Assembly: GCA_045863295.1 (NCBI GenBank)
Contig: BTWA01000006.1
Location: 32,001-96,000, forward strand
Reading direction: 5' to 3'
Length of the DNA: 64,000 nucleotides
Source: Candidatus Hydrogenedentota bacterium
GTDB lineage: Bacteria; Hydrogenedentota; Hydrogenedentia; Hydrogenedentales; SLHB01
Every line of letters starts with the position of its first letter. Positions within the stretch are counted from its first letter, which is position 1. The notes under the pieces are model-generated. The model did not search any database, had not been told where the DNA came from, and worked only from the letters and a program-made list of their open reading frames with translations. Positions 17,419-27,831 of the stretch are shown here, in pieces. The translations under genes were made by a program, and so were the position numbers.

Positions 17419-17781
17419 CTATTTAATGAGCCTAATGCTTACCGGGTAGCGATAGGCTTCTCCATTGGACGCTTTCATCGCCGCCATGATGATAAAGACC
17501 AGATTGAAGATGAGTATCAGGATGCCGGCCAAACCAAGGAATGGGAGGATAATCGTGATGACAAAGAAGGCGAGGCCAACAATGGCCATCGTAATCTGAA
17601 AGTTCAGGGCTTCCTTGCCTTGGTCATCGACAAATGGGAACTCTTGCTTCTTAATCAGCCAGATAATCAGTGGTCCGATTACATTGGCAAAGGGGATGCA
17701 TGTAAACATGGCCAAGGCGCTTAAATGGCATGCCATGGCCCAATTTCGTGCAGTGCTATCCATGGTCGTTGTCTCCTTCAT
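17419..17781 (-). CDS. DUF4870 membrane protein
   Basis: WAMACHLS...GPLIIWL...GKEALNFQI...YRYP. Confidence 0.9.
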   Translation of the reverse strand: MKETTTMDSTARNWAMACHLSALAMFTCIPFANVIGPLIIWLIKKQEFPFVDDQGKEALNFQITMAIVGLAFFVITIILPFLGLAGILILIFNLVFIIMAAMKASNGEAYRYPVSIRLIK

Positions 17782-17958
17782 ACGCGGCCGCGGACCGCAG
17801 CCTGGAACCCCTGGGACCCTCCCGGCCTTCCCCTGTGGGGAAACGCCGTCCTTATCTTACCTCAGAATTGGGTGTATGTTGCACATTTGCCTTTGGCTTC
17901 TGAGATTGGCGATGACGGGACCGAAGCGTTTCGCCGGGAACGTATGATCTATAAAGAG

Positions 17959-18708
17959 TCAAGCGCTGCCGGTAGTTACCCCGGAACGAGGTATGTGGAA
18001 CACGAATCCACGAACCGGATCATACTCGAGGCGGCCTTTATGCAGACCCGCGAATTGTCGAGCTACCGTCAGGCCAAGGCCCAGGTGTTCTCCGGATTTC
18101 GTGGTAAAGTAGGGTTCGAACATCGACTCCCGGGTTGATTCGCCGATAGGCTCACCGGAATTCCAGATGGCCACCGTGACGCTCTCTTGATCCTGGGATA
18201 CCGAAATCTTGACAATCCGGGATCCCTCCTTCAATGCCAGGCAAGCCTCGATAGCATTGGTGAGGACGTATAAAAGCGCCAATTCGATTTTGGGCAGGTC
18301 GACCGCAAAGGTATGCAGGTTGTCCGCATAATTCGTTTCAAGCGTGATGTGGTTCGTGCGAATATCGAATCGCCGGAGGTCCAGTACACGTTCCACGCAT
18401 TGGGCAGGCTCAATGACCCGAATATCGGGGCGTTCGCGGCGGGAGACGTCGGTCAGATTGTTGACCAATCCGCTGGCTTTGCGCACTGCGGCCAGAATTT
18501 CCCCTACCATCCGTGTGGACTCTGCGGGGAGTGTTTCGTCCATGGCAATCAATTCGGCGTAGGCCATGATGGCGCCCAGGAAGTTGTTTACGTCGTGGGT
18601 CACACTGCTGACACACTGACCGATCTGGGCATAACGAAACAGCCGTTCAAGCCGTTCCCGTTGTACTTGGGTAGTCGGCTCGATTACCACGTACTCCATA
18701 GTGCGCAC
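17959..18708 (-). CDS. Histidine kinase core (HisKA/HATPase) without a sensor domain
   Basis: HDVNN H-box, NAIEA N-box, FEPYFTTK F-box, LGLGL G2-box. Confidence 0.85.
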   Translation of the reverse strand: MRTMEYVVIEPTTQVQRERLERLFRYAQIGQCVSSVTHDVNNFLGAIMAYAELIAMDETLPAESTRMVGEILAAVRKASGLVNNLTDVSRRERPDIRVIEPAQCVERVLDLRRFDIRTNHITLETNYADNLHTFAVDLPKIELALLYVLTNAIEACLALKEGSRIVKISVSQDQESVTVAIWNSGEPIGESTRESMFEPYFTTKSGEHLGLGLTVARQFAGLHKGRLEYDPVRGFVFHIPRSGVTTGSA

Positions 18709-18840
18709 TCCCGGATACAGCTTCTATCGGTATTGTTTCATTTTTTATTGATTTTGTCAAAACGCAAATACCGATAACTGCTAATTCGGGAGGATGTAAT
18801 CGGTTCTGATTCCAGACCTACGTCCAGAAATGGAACGAAT

Positions 18841-20421
18841 TTATACCTCCACCAAGCGGGCATCAATCACATGAGGAATCCGTCGAATTGCATCGATTAC
18901 ACCCAAGTCAACATCGGCATCGACGTTGAGCACAGCCGTGGCGCGTCCCCCCAGTGTATCGCGTCCCAGGGCGAGGTTGGCGATGTTTACACCGGCTTCG
19001 CCTATCGCGGTGGCCACACGGCCGAAGACGAGCGGTTTGTCCTCATTGACGCAGATTAGCATCCAGGAAACGAGTTCCGTATCCACGCGAATGCCATCGA
19101 TGGAGCAAATGCGCGCTTCCTGGTTATTGGAGAGGGTGCCCGCAATATCGTGGGATTCGAGATCGGTCGAAACGCGGATGCTGATTTGGAAGGCATAGTC
19201 GGGATTCTGCGGGCTTCTAGTTTCGGAGTATGTAATTCCGTGTGTTTCCAAGAGCGTTGGAGCGCTGACGGAATTCACGGTTTCAACCAGCGGCGTGAGA
19301 AAACCCACCAAGACAGCGGCGCTGATGGGGTACGTGTCGGTGACGCCAATTTCGCCGGCATACTCGATCTCGACCGAGGTTGGCTTGCCACGCATGTATT
19401 GCGATGCGAAACAGCCAAGGCGCGAGCCGAGGTTCAGGATGGGCTGGAGTGCCTTGCGGGTCTCCGCATCCAGGCTGGGCACGTTTACGGCATTCACGAT
19501 TGCGCCGGTTTTCAGGTAATCCACCATTTGCTGTGCAACCTCGATGGCGACCGTAAGTTGGGCTTCCTCGGTTGATGCTGCAAGGTGTGGTGTCGTGACT
19601 ACATTGGTCAGGCCGAGGAACGGGTTGTTTTCAATGGGCTCCGAGGTATAGACGTCGAGTGCGGCGCCAGCAATGACGCCTTCGCGAAGGGCTTGAGCAA
19701 GGTCCTGCTCGTTGACGAGTCCACCGCGGGCGCAGTTGACAATGCGGCAGTTGGGCTTCATGCGCTTGAGCTGTTCCATGCGGATCATGTTCATTGTCTT
19801 TTCCGTCTTGGGCGCATGAATGGTAATGAAGTCCGAGCGTTCGATAATTTCGTCTAAAGTGGCGAGTTCAACCCCGAGGGCTTCCGCCTTGAGCTTGCTC
19901 AACAGCGGATCAAATACGAGTACTTTCATTTCAAATGCCAGCGCACGTTTCGCGACCGCGCCGCCAATTCGACCGCAGCCAAGCACTCCGAGGGTTTTGC
20001 CGCGAACTTCGGCGCCATTGAAATTCTTGCGGTCCCAGCGGCCTTCCATCATGGAAGCGTGTGCCTGCGGGATGTTGCGGCACAAGGAGAGCATGAGCGC
20101 AAACGTGTGCTCACAGGTCGAAATGGTATTGCCACCGGGAACATTCATGACAACGATGCCGCGCTTGGTTGCCGCGTCTTTATCGACGTTGTCCGTACCG
20201 GCTCCGGCGCGGCCGATTACCCGCAAGCGGCCGGCTTTTTCGATGGCGGCGGCGGTGACCTTTGTCGCGCTACGCACCACCAATCCGTCATAGTCGCCGA
20301 GGATTGCGGCCAATTCTTCCGGTTTTTGCGGAGGTTTCACATCAACCTGGAAGCCTTCGGCTTCTCGAAAAATGTTTAAGCCTTCCTCGCTGAGATTATC
20401 GAGTGCCAGAATTTTAAACAT
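18841..20421 (-). CDS. serA: D-3-phosphoglycerate dehydrogenase
   Basis: VRSATKV, GRAGAGTDNVD, GCGRIG, NCARGG and TPHLAASTEEAQ motifs plus C-terminal ACT domain; start taken at MFKILALD. Confidence 0.95.
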   Translation of the reverse strand: MFKILALDNLSEEGLNIFREAEGFQVDVKPPQKPEELAAILGDYDGLVVRSATKVTAAAIEKAGRLRVIGRAGAGTDNVDKDAATKRGIVVMNVPGGNTISTCEHTFALMLSLCRNIPQAHASMMEGRWDRKNFNGAEVRGKTLGVLGCGRIGGAVAKRALAFEMKVLVFDPLLSKLKAEALGVELATLDEIIERSDFITIHAPKTEKTMNMIRMEQLKRMKPNCRIVNCARGGLVNEQDLAQALREGVIAGAALDVYTSEPIENNPFLGLTNVVTTPHLAASTEEAQLTVAIEVAQQMVDYLKTGAIVNAVNVPSLDAETRKALQPILNLGSRLGCFASQYMRGKPTSVEIEYAGEIGVTDTYPISAAVLVGFLTPLVETVNSVSAPTLLETHGITYSETRSPQNPDYAFQISIRVSTDLESHDIAGTLSNNQEARICSIDGIRVDTELVSWMLICVNEDKPLVFGRVATAIGEAGVNIANLALGRDTLGGRATAVLNVDADVDLGVIDAIRRIPHVIDARLVEV

Positions 20422-20651
20422 GCTTTTTCTCCCGGAAGCTAGCGTCGTTACGTGGCCGCGTTGCTGTGCGGCTGGCGGTTCTGAATACCGATACAAGTCC
20501 CCCACGTCAATTTTGGGGGGAATCGCGACAGGTCCGAGGGCCGCAAAAAACCTGCATTGCGCGCGCATTGTGCACGCGTTCACAGCTTATCAAACCGGTC
20601 AAATGGAAGTCAATTCATTTTGCGCTGGTCAACGCTGTACGGAGTTCGAAC

Positions 20652-21434
20652 TCAGAGTAAGGGTTGAATGCCCACAAGAAACAAACCGCCCCTCACGCAG
20701 GTGAATCTGACGATTCCAGAGTCGCGATCGAGTACTGCGTTAGGATCACGTTTCCATTCGGAATCGATCCATTGAAAAAGCCCGATTGTTCCTTTCGCTT
20801 TGGCGGCCAATTCAGAGTCGAAGCTGATTTCCGCTCGAAGGCCCGCCGTGGCCTTGGTGAGATCGTCCGGTTCGATGGAGAAACAGGAAGAAAGTGTTTG
20901 CTTTGGGAATCCCGGTGCATTGGGATTGGGTATTACGGGAAGTCTGTAGGCTTTAAGAATGCCGCCGTCTATAAAACAACATGGCCGAAAAATGAGCAAC
21001 AAATCCCACGACTCGATTGGATAAAACAAGTCAATTCCGGTTTGACCCGAGACGTAGAATTCCTCACCGTCCGCATAGGGTACCGTACGATCGGCAATTG
21101 GATTGCCATCCTGTTTTAACGCAAACCCAAAAGTGAGCGATCCGCCGGAGTTGGACTTGGGATTTGGAATCGCATACTGAGCGGTATTCTTCGCCGCCGG
21201 ATCACTTCTGCCTTCTACCACCCCCTCGGTTCCATCGGGCAGGCGAAACGTCAGCGCCGGCATTTGCGAAGTGGCTCCATTTTGCATGGTAATCGACACG
21301 GCAAACGGTTCGTCTGGCCTGGCCCATTCGGCGTGCGTCCATTTGACGTCCTTCGCTGGAGACGTCTCTGCCGCCGCGATTGTGATCCTACAAGCAATCC
21401 CTGCCGCTATTGCGAGTGCACATATGGATTTCAT
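20652..21434 (-). CDS. Secreted hypothetical protein
   Basis: Signal-peptide-like N-terminus; start overlaps the stop of the upstream gene. Confidence 0.6.
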   Translation of the reverse strand: MKSICALAIAAGIACRITIAAAETSPAKDVKWTHAEWARPDEPFAVSITMQNGATSQMPALTFRLPDGTEGVVEGRSDPAAKNTAQYAIPNPKSNSGGSLTFGFALKQDGNPIADRTVPYADGEEFYVSGQTGIDLFYPIESWDLLLIFRPCCFIDGGILKAYRLPVIPNPNAPGFPKQTLSSCFSIEPDDLTKATAGLRAEISFDSELAAKAKGTIGLFQWIDSEWKRDPNAVLDRDSGIVRFTCVRGGLFLVGIQPLL

Positions 21435-22780
21435 CAGGCGGTATCCGGGATCACCCAGGGATCGCGGTACGTGCGTTTAACGAGTCCGTTGGCTTCATCA
21501 TCATTGACGAAACATTCCGTGACCGGATCGATGTGCAATTTGCGTCCAGTTCGGTACGCGATGTTGCCATAATGACACAAGAGTGTCGATTTGTGGAGTT
21601 TCTCGATATCTGCCGTGGGGAGTTCCCGGCTACGAATGCATGAGATGTAGTTCTCGATATGGGCAGTGTTGGACGGCGAAAACTTACCATGGTAAATCTT
21701 TACCGATTGCCCTTCGGCGTCGAACACTTGCCAACCGCCGCCGTGTCGTTCGAAGAACATCATTTGATTCTCGCCATAGATCTCCATGCGCGTTCCGGAG
21801 AAGGGCCAAAGAGGGAGCGTATCCTGATCGCGTACATCCATGGGCATTTTTTTCATGTACGGCGACCAGAGGGTTTGTTCGAATACCATGGTTAGTCCGT
21901 CATATTCCCAGTTTACGGTGTGTGTATCCGGGGTTTCCTGCACGTCCTTATAGAAGTGAATTCCGCCGGCGGAAACGACAGCCTTTGGATAGTCGCGATC
22001 AATGAGCCAGCGTGCGATGTCAATTTGATGGACGCCGTCGTTGATGATGTCACCGCCGCTGTAGTCCCAGAACCAGTGCCAGTTGTAGTGAAAATGACTG
22101 ACGTTGAAAGGACGCATGGGGGCAGGTCCAAGCCACATGCTGTAATCGACGCCAGCCGGCGGTTCGGAGTCGGGTGCTTCCGGGACTGGACTGCGAAGTT
22201 TGCTATTGAGTACGCGAACAAAATGGACTTTACCGAATTCGGGAGTGCGAATGTAATCGAAGGCGGCGTAGACATATTCATTGCTACGATTCTGTGCACC
22301 AACCTGAACAATGCGTCCAGTTTTGCGTGCGTACTCGACCATCTTCTGGCTTTCCCAAATGCTATGAGATGTGGGTTTTTCCACGTAGACATCTTTCCCG
22401 GCCATGCAGGCAAATATGGTGCCGGGGGCATGCCAATGATCGGGCGTGGCATTTACAATGCCGTCCACTTCCTTGTCGTCTAAAATATTCCGGAAGTCCT
22501 GTGTGACGATAGGTCTTTTGCCGGTTGCTTTTTCCAGTGCGTCGGCACACTGTTCCGCGCGATTCTTGTCAGGGTCGGCGCAATAGCGAATTTCGACGTC
22601 GGAGCGCGTGGCAAATTCGGCGGCCAGAAACTGGCCCCTCCCGCCAGTACCCATAAACCCGATGATCACACGGTCGTTTGCGCCGGCCGCGCTCATAGGC
22701 ATGCCTGCTGTGAGGGCGGTTGCGGCGGAGGCCGCCAGCGTCGTGTGTTTCAGAAAGGTTCGCCGGTCAATTGTAGGCAT
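21434..22780 (-). CDS. Gfo/Idh/MocA oxidoreductase with Tat signal
   Basis: DRRTFLK; GTGGRG; ATPDHWH; DVYVEKP; WLGPAP. Confidence 0.92.
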   Translation of the reverse strand: MPTIDRRTFLKHTTLAASAATALTAGMPMSAAGANDRVIIGFMGTGGRGQFLAAEFATRSDVEIRYCADPDKNRAEQCADALEKATGKRPIVTQDFRNILDDKEVDGIVNATPDHWHAPGTIFACMAGKDVYVEKPTSHSIWESQKMVEYARKTGRIVQVGAQNRSNEYVYAAFDYIRTPEFGKVHFVRVLNSKLRSPVPEAPDSEPPAGVDYSMWLGPAPMRPFNVSHFHYNWHWFWDYSGGDIINDGVHQIDIARWLIDRDYPKAVVSAGGIHFYKDVQETPDTHTVNWEYDGLTMVFEQTLWSPYMKKMPMDVRDQDTLPLWPFSGTRMEIYGENQMMFFERHGGGWQVFDAEGQSVKIYHGKFSPSNTAHIENYISCIRSRELPTADIEKLHKSTLLCHYGNIAYRTGRKLHIDPVTECFVNDDEANGLVKRTYRDPWVIPDTA

Positions 22781-22805
22781 GGCATGCTCTCTCCTCTTTG
22801 CTCAA

Positions 22806-25109
22806 TTATTCGGTACTCGAATTGGGCCAGTTCAGATGTTTGTGCAGAAAGTCGAATGTTCCTTTGCCGTGAATGGTATGTGGGCCGTCGAACCATTCGA
22901 TTTCCGCGTTATCGCCTTTACCCATGAGGTCATAATGCCTGTATGTCCGTGCAAATTCGTAGGCGACCCACTCGTCCACGGAAACGCCATCGTGATGGCC
23001 TCGCTCTACCATGAACGGCCTTGGAAATATGAGCCAACTCAACTCAGCATAGTTGAAAGTGTTGCCGAGATCGAATTCGAACATTTCGTATTCGCCGGTG
23101 AACAGGTAACTGACTTTGTGCCGGTTTGAGACCGTTTTCCATATCCATTCATTATAGTCACCAGAACAAATGACGGCAGAATAGCGGGGCTCCAAGGGGG
23201 GGACCCGCATGGCTGTTTTGCCGCCGTAGCTTAATCCATAGAATGCGATGCGGCTGGAGTCCGTCCAGGGTTGTTCGATAAGCCAATCGATGATCCGTTC
23301 GTGTTGCCGCACAATAAACGAAAACAAGGATAGTTTCAGGGGGTTGGCCTTGCGTTGCAGCGTCCGAAAGGTATCACCCCCGATGTACGGGTTTTGTGGC
23401 GAAAACGTGATGAAGCCGCGTTCGGCAAGCGCGTACGCAAACTGGTGGTAATAATGGCTGTCTTGTGCTGGATCGGCGGTATCCTGCGGACGTCCTTCCA
23501 GGCCGTGCTGGCATACAACGACGGGTCTGCGTTCGCCGGGATGTATGTTCTTGGGCAGCAGCAGAATACCGTAAGCAATGACATCGGGAAATACATCAAC
23601 GACCACTTCGTAGCCTGCGACGGTTTCTGTATCGTAGATTTTGCGCGTACGTGGATTGAGGGGCATCTTGGGCTGCGGAAGACTTCCGAGGATTTCTTCG
23701 CGAAAATAGGTACGGTACCATTCTGCGGTCTTGACGAAGGTCTCCGAGGTAGACTTGTCGGCACGATTCCAAAAGATTTCTCTTGTGTACTGCGCCTCAC
23801 GTAGCAGTTTTTGTGTATGCTCCATCAACTCGTCCAACTGACGCTTCATCCGTTGGGCTGGGTCGACCTGCCGTGCACTCTTGGCAAATACGGTTCCGTC
23901 GGCAAGCGGTATGTTCAATCCAAGATCTTTCACGAACTTGGCGAGGGCATCTTCCTGAAGTGGCTGATGAGCTTCGATCAGGTGTACCACTTTGGGCGGT
24001 GTGAGTTGGTTGCCCCATTCGTTCGCGCGAGCGACCTCGTCCTGCACTTCCGACATAGGAAAAGTATTTATTTGTCCCGGCGATCCGTCTCTGCGCTCGG
24101 TTGGCGTTGCCGCCTCTGGAACCTGCGGAAAGGGAGCCTGCTCGATAATCAATGACCGAGGAAGGATCATAGAGGCCAGTTCCGCATCGCCAAATTCAGT
24201 GAGCAGCGACCAGACACTTCGATCGATCGGTTCTTTCCATAGGTCTTCCCGCGGACCAAAATACCCGGAGATGCATGTAGCGTCGATGCGCGAATCCAGT
24301 GCAGCTGTATAGAGTGCAATCAGTCCGCCCTCGCCGTAGCCGACTAACCCGATTGGATTCGAATCCAGAGTCTGGAACCAGTCCACACCTCCAAGGACTT
24401 TTTGAACTTCGTAACCGATGACGTGGCGGCCCATTTGGTACGCGGGCCGGTAGAGGTATTCCCTGTGGGACTGATTGGTCATCCGGGTGTCTTCGCGCCC
24501 AGAGTAGGTATGGTCCCGGTTAATTAGCAATGGAACAAGTACCCGGCATCCAGACTCAGCCAATCTAACTGCAAATGCACCGGATGCCTCTTTGGCGAGT
24601 CCGGCTGCTGCTTCGGGAGAGGAATCAGCATCTGGAATGGCAATTACGTTTGCCTTGGCGGGAGTTTTGGGGTCTAGCAGCAGCCCCTCTCCATACACTC
24701 CGTCCAAGACCGGCCATTTAACCTGATAGACGGCCACCTGATCCGATTCAGCTAAAAGAGCTGATGCATCTGTAGTTGACACCAATTGCATTGAGGAGGG
24801 TTGGCGTGTGTCGAACGCGCCAATAATCTTTGTAAGCCGAATCCGATTGGGTTGAAGCGACGAAACATATGCCTCGTGAGACGTAAAGTCACGGCGCCAA
24901 TAGGTTTCACGGCTTTCTCGGGCGATCCGGGTGGCGTTATCGAGGTAGCGGTGCAGGCCGTCCACCATCAATACAGCGATGTCGTCTTCAATGACGAGTT
25001 CGGACGTGGAGGGTAACCGCTCGGCACAGACGGCAGCGAGACTGAACGCCATGACACATGCGATCGCGCAGCTTGTGCGGCAATGGTGGTGCCGTCGAAT
25101 TGGTCTCAT
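22806..25109 (-). CDS. Secreted two-domain alpha/beta hydrolase (dienelactone hydrolase-like)
   Basis: GYGEGG and GLSYGG nucleophile elbows; VVCQHGLEG; ERGHHDGV. Confidence 0.8.
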   Translation of the reverse strand: MRPIRRHHHCRTSCAIACVMAFSLAAVCAERLPSTSELVIEDDIAVLMVDGLHRYLDNATRIARESRETYWRRDFTSHEAYVSSLQPNRIRLTKIIGAFDTRQPSSMQLVSTTDASALLAESDQVAVYQVKWPVLDGVYGEGLLLDPKTPAKANVIAIPDADSSPEAAAGLAKEASGAFAVRLAESGCRVLVPLLINRDHTYSGREDTRMTNQSHREYLYRPAYQMGRHVIGYEVQKVLGGVDWFQTLDSNPIGLVGYGEGGLIALYTAALDSRIDATCISGYFGPREDLWKEPIDRSVWSLLTEFGDAELASMILPRSLIIEQAPFPQVPEAATPTERRDGSPGQINTFPMSEVQDEVARANEWGNQLTPPKVVHLIEAHQPLQEDALAKFVKDLGLNIPLADGTVFAKSARQVDPAQRMKRQLDELMEHTQKLLREAQYTREIFWNRADKSTSETFVKTAEWYRTYFREEILGSLPQPKMPLNPRTRKIYDTETVAGYEVVVDVFPDVIAYGILLLPKNIHPGERRPVVVCQHGLEGRPQDTADPAQDSHYYHQFAYALAERGFITFSPQNPYIGGDTFRTLQRKANPLKLSLFSFIVRQHERIIDWLIEQPWTDSSRIAFYGLSYGGKTAMRVPPLEPRYSAVICSGDYNEWIWKTVSNRHKVSYLFTGEYEMFEFDLGNTFNYAELSWLIFPRPFMVERGHHDGVSVDEWVAYEFARTYRHYDLMGKGDNAEIEWFDGPHTIHGKGTFDFLHKHLNWPNSSTE

Positions 25110-25185
25110 TCGTGCGGGCTCCCGGCGAACTAGCCTTCTTTCCGGGGTCGAGATAGCCCTTCGACCGGAATTCCAGACACAGGTA

Positions 25186-26853
25186 TTATTCGATGTTATA
25201 TCGCTTCATGGCCCGCCACAGCGTGGTACGCCCGACGCCCAGAATGTCCGCAGCCTGACTTCGATTTCCTTTGGCTTTTCGAAGCACCGCCCGAATGACG
25301 TCTTCAGTTAGTTCTCTCGGCCGTTGCGCGGCACGCATGACGAGGAAATCCTCGGGCAAGTCGGCCACGTCGAGCTCTTTTTCCTTGCTGAAAACAACCG
25401 CGTGTTCAATCACGTGCCGGAGTTGGCGGATGTTCCCGGGCCACGGACATTCCATGAGCGCTCGCTTGAAACTCTCCGACATCTGTAAATCGGGTCGTTC
25501 GTGCCGCTCTCTGTACTCTGCCAGGAACAGTTGCGCCAGGCGCACGATGTCATTGGCGCGGTCGCGTAGCGGCGGTATTTCAATGCGTCCAACCGCCAGC
25601 GCGTAATATAAATCGTTTCGAAGCGAGTTGGATTTCAGGCTTTCTTCGGGGTCGAGTTCCGTGCCTGCTATGATACGTGCATTGGTTGGTACGGGTTCGG
25701 CGTTACCAATCGGATGGACTTGTTGTTCGTTCATGGCACGCAACAATACAGCTTGAACATCCGGGCCCGCTTGCGTTATCTCGTGAAGATACAATGTGCC
25801 TTGGTGCGCTCGGGTCAGTGCGCCGATATGTTGACGTGACACGCCGGACAAGGGATCCTGCATGGCGCCGACCAATTCTCGATGCAGTGCTTCTGGCGTC
25901 ATGACACTGCAATCCACCTGTACAAACGGACCTTCCTTGCGTGTACCGCCATGGTGAATCGCCCGGGCCAGCGTGGAGCGGCCTACACCCGGTTCGCCCA
26001 CCAGTAGTGCGGGGGCTTCCGAGGCGGCCAGTTGTTCAGCACGGCGAATTACACGCTGCATGGATTCCGTCTCGGCCACGAGTGTATCAAACATGAGTTC
26101 CGAGCGTAGCTTGCGGCTCAACTGAATCAATGCCGCTTGGGCCTTGCGCGCTGCCCGTTGTGCCGTGTCGATCATTTCATCGCGCCGCGCGATTTCGTCT
26201 TCGATTGGCTCCAATTTTAATGCTTGCCGTGCCCAGTCTGCTTCCTGCTGCCATTCATGGTCAAGCCGTCCGATGAATACACACGCCTCTGCCCCATTTG
26301 CGGCGCACTCGGTTTCGAGCACCAAAACGCGCCTTCCCAAGATTTCGCTGATTTGCCCCGAGAGATTTCCTGAGGTAATCCAGCACACGGGATGTTGAGC
26401 CGATTCCTGGGCCATGCGATGCGCTGCGGCTTCCATGGAATTCAGCAGTCGAAGTTCTCGGTACAGCGTATTTCGATCCAGATCAAATTCAAAGCGAACA
26501 TGGTCGGCGAGGTAGCGCCCCTGGAGTTGCCCGAATACCAAACCGGCTTGAAGTCCGAGACGAGTGTTTCGCTCATATTGGTTGAAGTAGCGGGCGGCTT
26601 CCCGTCGGCCTTGCTCGAATCCCATGCGGAAACAGAACGCTCGAGCCCGGTCAGGACCCAGTATTTCGAGTAGCTGACGGCGCTCCACGGCCATCATTTC
26701 CAGATCGTCAAATTGGCCTGGGCGGCTACAAAGCAGGATACGCCCTTTGCTTGGACTGGACTCGAGCCAGGAATTGCGATCGCCTTCGATGTAATGAGCG
26801 ATAACCGGCGGAAGCTCAAGAAACACTTGAGCGCTTAATTTTGTGGTTTTCAC
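25186..26853 (-). CDS. XylR/V4R-domain NtrC-like regulator with a degenerate AAA+ domain
   Basis: V4R (ETECAANGAEACVF), WPGNIRQL, Fis-type HTH GNRSQAADILGVGRTTLWR; Walker motifs and GAFTGA altered. Confidence 0.85.
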   Translation of the reverse strand: MKTTKLSAQVFLELPPVIAHYIEGDRNSWLESSPSKGRILLCSRPGQFDDLEMMAVERRQLLEILGPDRARAFCFRMGFEQGRREAARYFNQYERNTRLGLQAGLVFGQLQGRYLADHVRFEFDLDRNTLYRELRLLNSMEAAAHRMAQESAQHPVCWITSGNLSGQISEILGRRVLVLETECAANGAEACVFIGRLDHEWQQEADWARQALKLEPIEDEIARRDEMIDTAQRAARKAQAALIQLSRKLRSELMFDTLVAETESMQRVIRRAEQLAASEAPALLVGEPGVGRSTLARAIHHGGTRKEGPFVQVDCSVMTPEALHRELVGAMQDPLSGVSRQHIGALTRAHQGTLYLHEITQAGPDVQAVLLRAMNEQQVHPIGNAEPVPTNARIIAGTELDPEESLKSNSLRNDLYYALAVGRIEIPPLRDRANDIVRLAQLFLAEYRERHERPDLQMSESFKRALMECPWPGNIRQLRHVIEHAVVFSKEKELDVADLPEDFLVMRAAQRPRELTEDVIRAVLRKAKGNRSQAADILGVGRTTLWRAMKRYNIE

Positions 26854-26946
26854 GCGCCATCCTCCCTACAGCCAGGCGCTATCGTATGACACGTTTCGGA
26901 GCAGATCAAGTGTTTCATTCGAAACACGGAGTGGTGCGCTAATGAT

Positions 26947-27831
26947 TCAATCTTTGGCCCGGTCTGTTGCGCTAGCGGTTGTGCGTTTGCTCTGGTACCA
27001 AAGGCCAGCGAATAGCCCGATTCCCAATCCGACCGTGAGCAGTGAGAACACTTGCTGATCGGTTAAATTGAGTATTCGTACAGGGTTTCCATCATCCCGA
27101 AGCGATTCGTTATAGGTGCGAAACAGGCCGTAGAGGATGAGATACAGGCTTATCAGGCTTCCTGCGAAAGGTTTGAATTTGTTCCGTATGAACAACAGTA
27201 CAAAGAACATGAGTGTCAGGGCGAACGTCTCATAGAGTTGTGTGGGGTGAACCGGGTACGACCACAAGGCGTCGGGCGGAAGGCCGTATTGTGCATGATG
27301 GATATAGGGTGGGCTGCCTTCAATGGGTTTGCTGAGGTCGAGTGGAACGCGCGGGAAAGCGATTGCCCAAGGCAGATCAGAGCGTCTTCCAAAGCAACAG
27401 CCATTCAGGAAGCACCCGATACGTCCGATGCCGTGTGCCAGGGGAATGTATGGAATGGCGATATCCATGGTCTTGAGAAATGGCAACTTATTTTTTCGCA
27501 GCCACCACCACAAGAACGGCAATGCAAATGGGATGGCGCCCTGGAAGACCAGTCCACCTCGCCATACGGCGATCATATTCACCAGGCTTTGCTTCCAGGT
27601 AAACATGGGATTGAAATAGGCTTCCGGGAACATGACGATGTGAAAGATCCGGGTGCCTAGCAGGCCTAAAATGAGGGTCCAGAACGCGCCGTCGATCAGG
27701 ACATCGGCGTTCAGGTCATACTTTTTGGCATCTCGCCGAATGAAGAATATGGCCGTTAGAAATGCAATGGCCATCATGAGTCCGTAGGAGTGAAATGCAA
27801 TAGGACCCAGTTTAAGCAGCGTTGGGTACAT
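26947..27831 (-). CDS. lgt: Prolipoprotein diacylglyceryl transferase
   Basis: MYPTL..HSYGLMM, GGLVFQG, GRIGCFLNGCCFG and HPTQLYE motifs. Confidence 0.95.
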   Translation of the reverse strand: MYPTLLKLGPIAFHSYGLMMAIAFLTAIFFIRRDAKKYDLNADVLIDGAFWTLILGLLGTRIFHIVMFPEAYFNPMFTWKQSLVNMIAVWRGGLVFQGAIPFALPFLWWWLRKNKLPFLKTMDIAIPYIPLAHGIGRIGCFLNGCCFGRRSDLPWAIAFPRVPLDLSKPIEGSPPYIHHAQYGLPPDALWSYPVHPTQLYETFALTLMFFVLLFIRNKFKPFAGSLISLYLILYGLFRTYNESLRDDGNPVRILNLTDQQVFSLLTVGLGIGLFAGLWYQSKRTTASATDRAKD

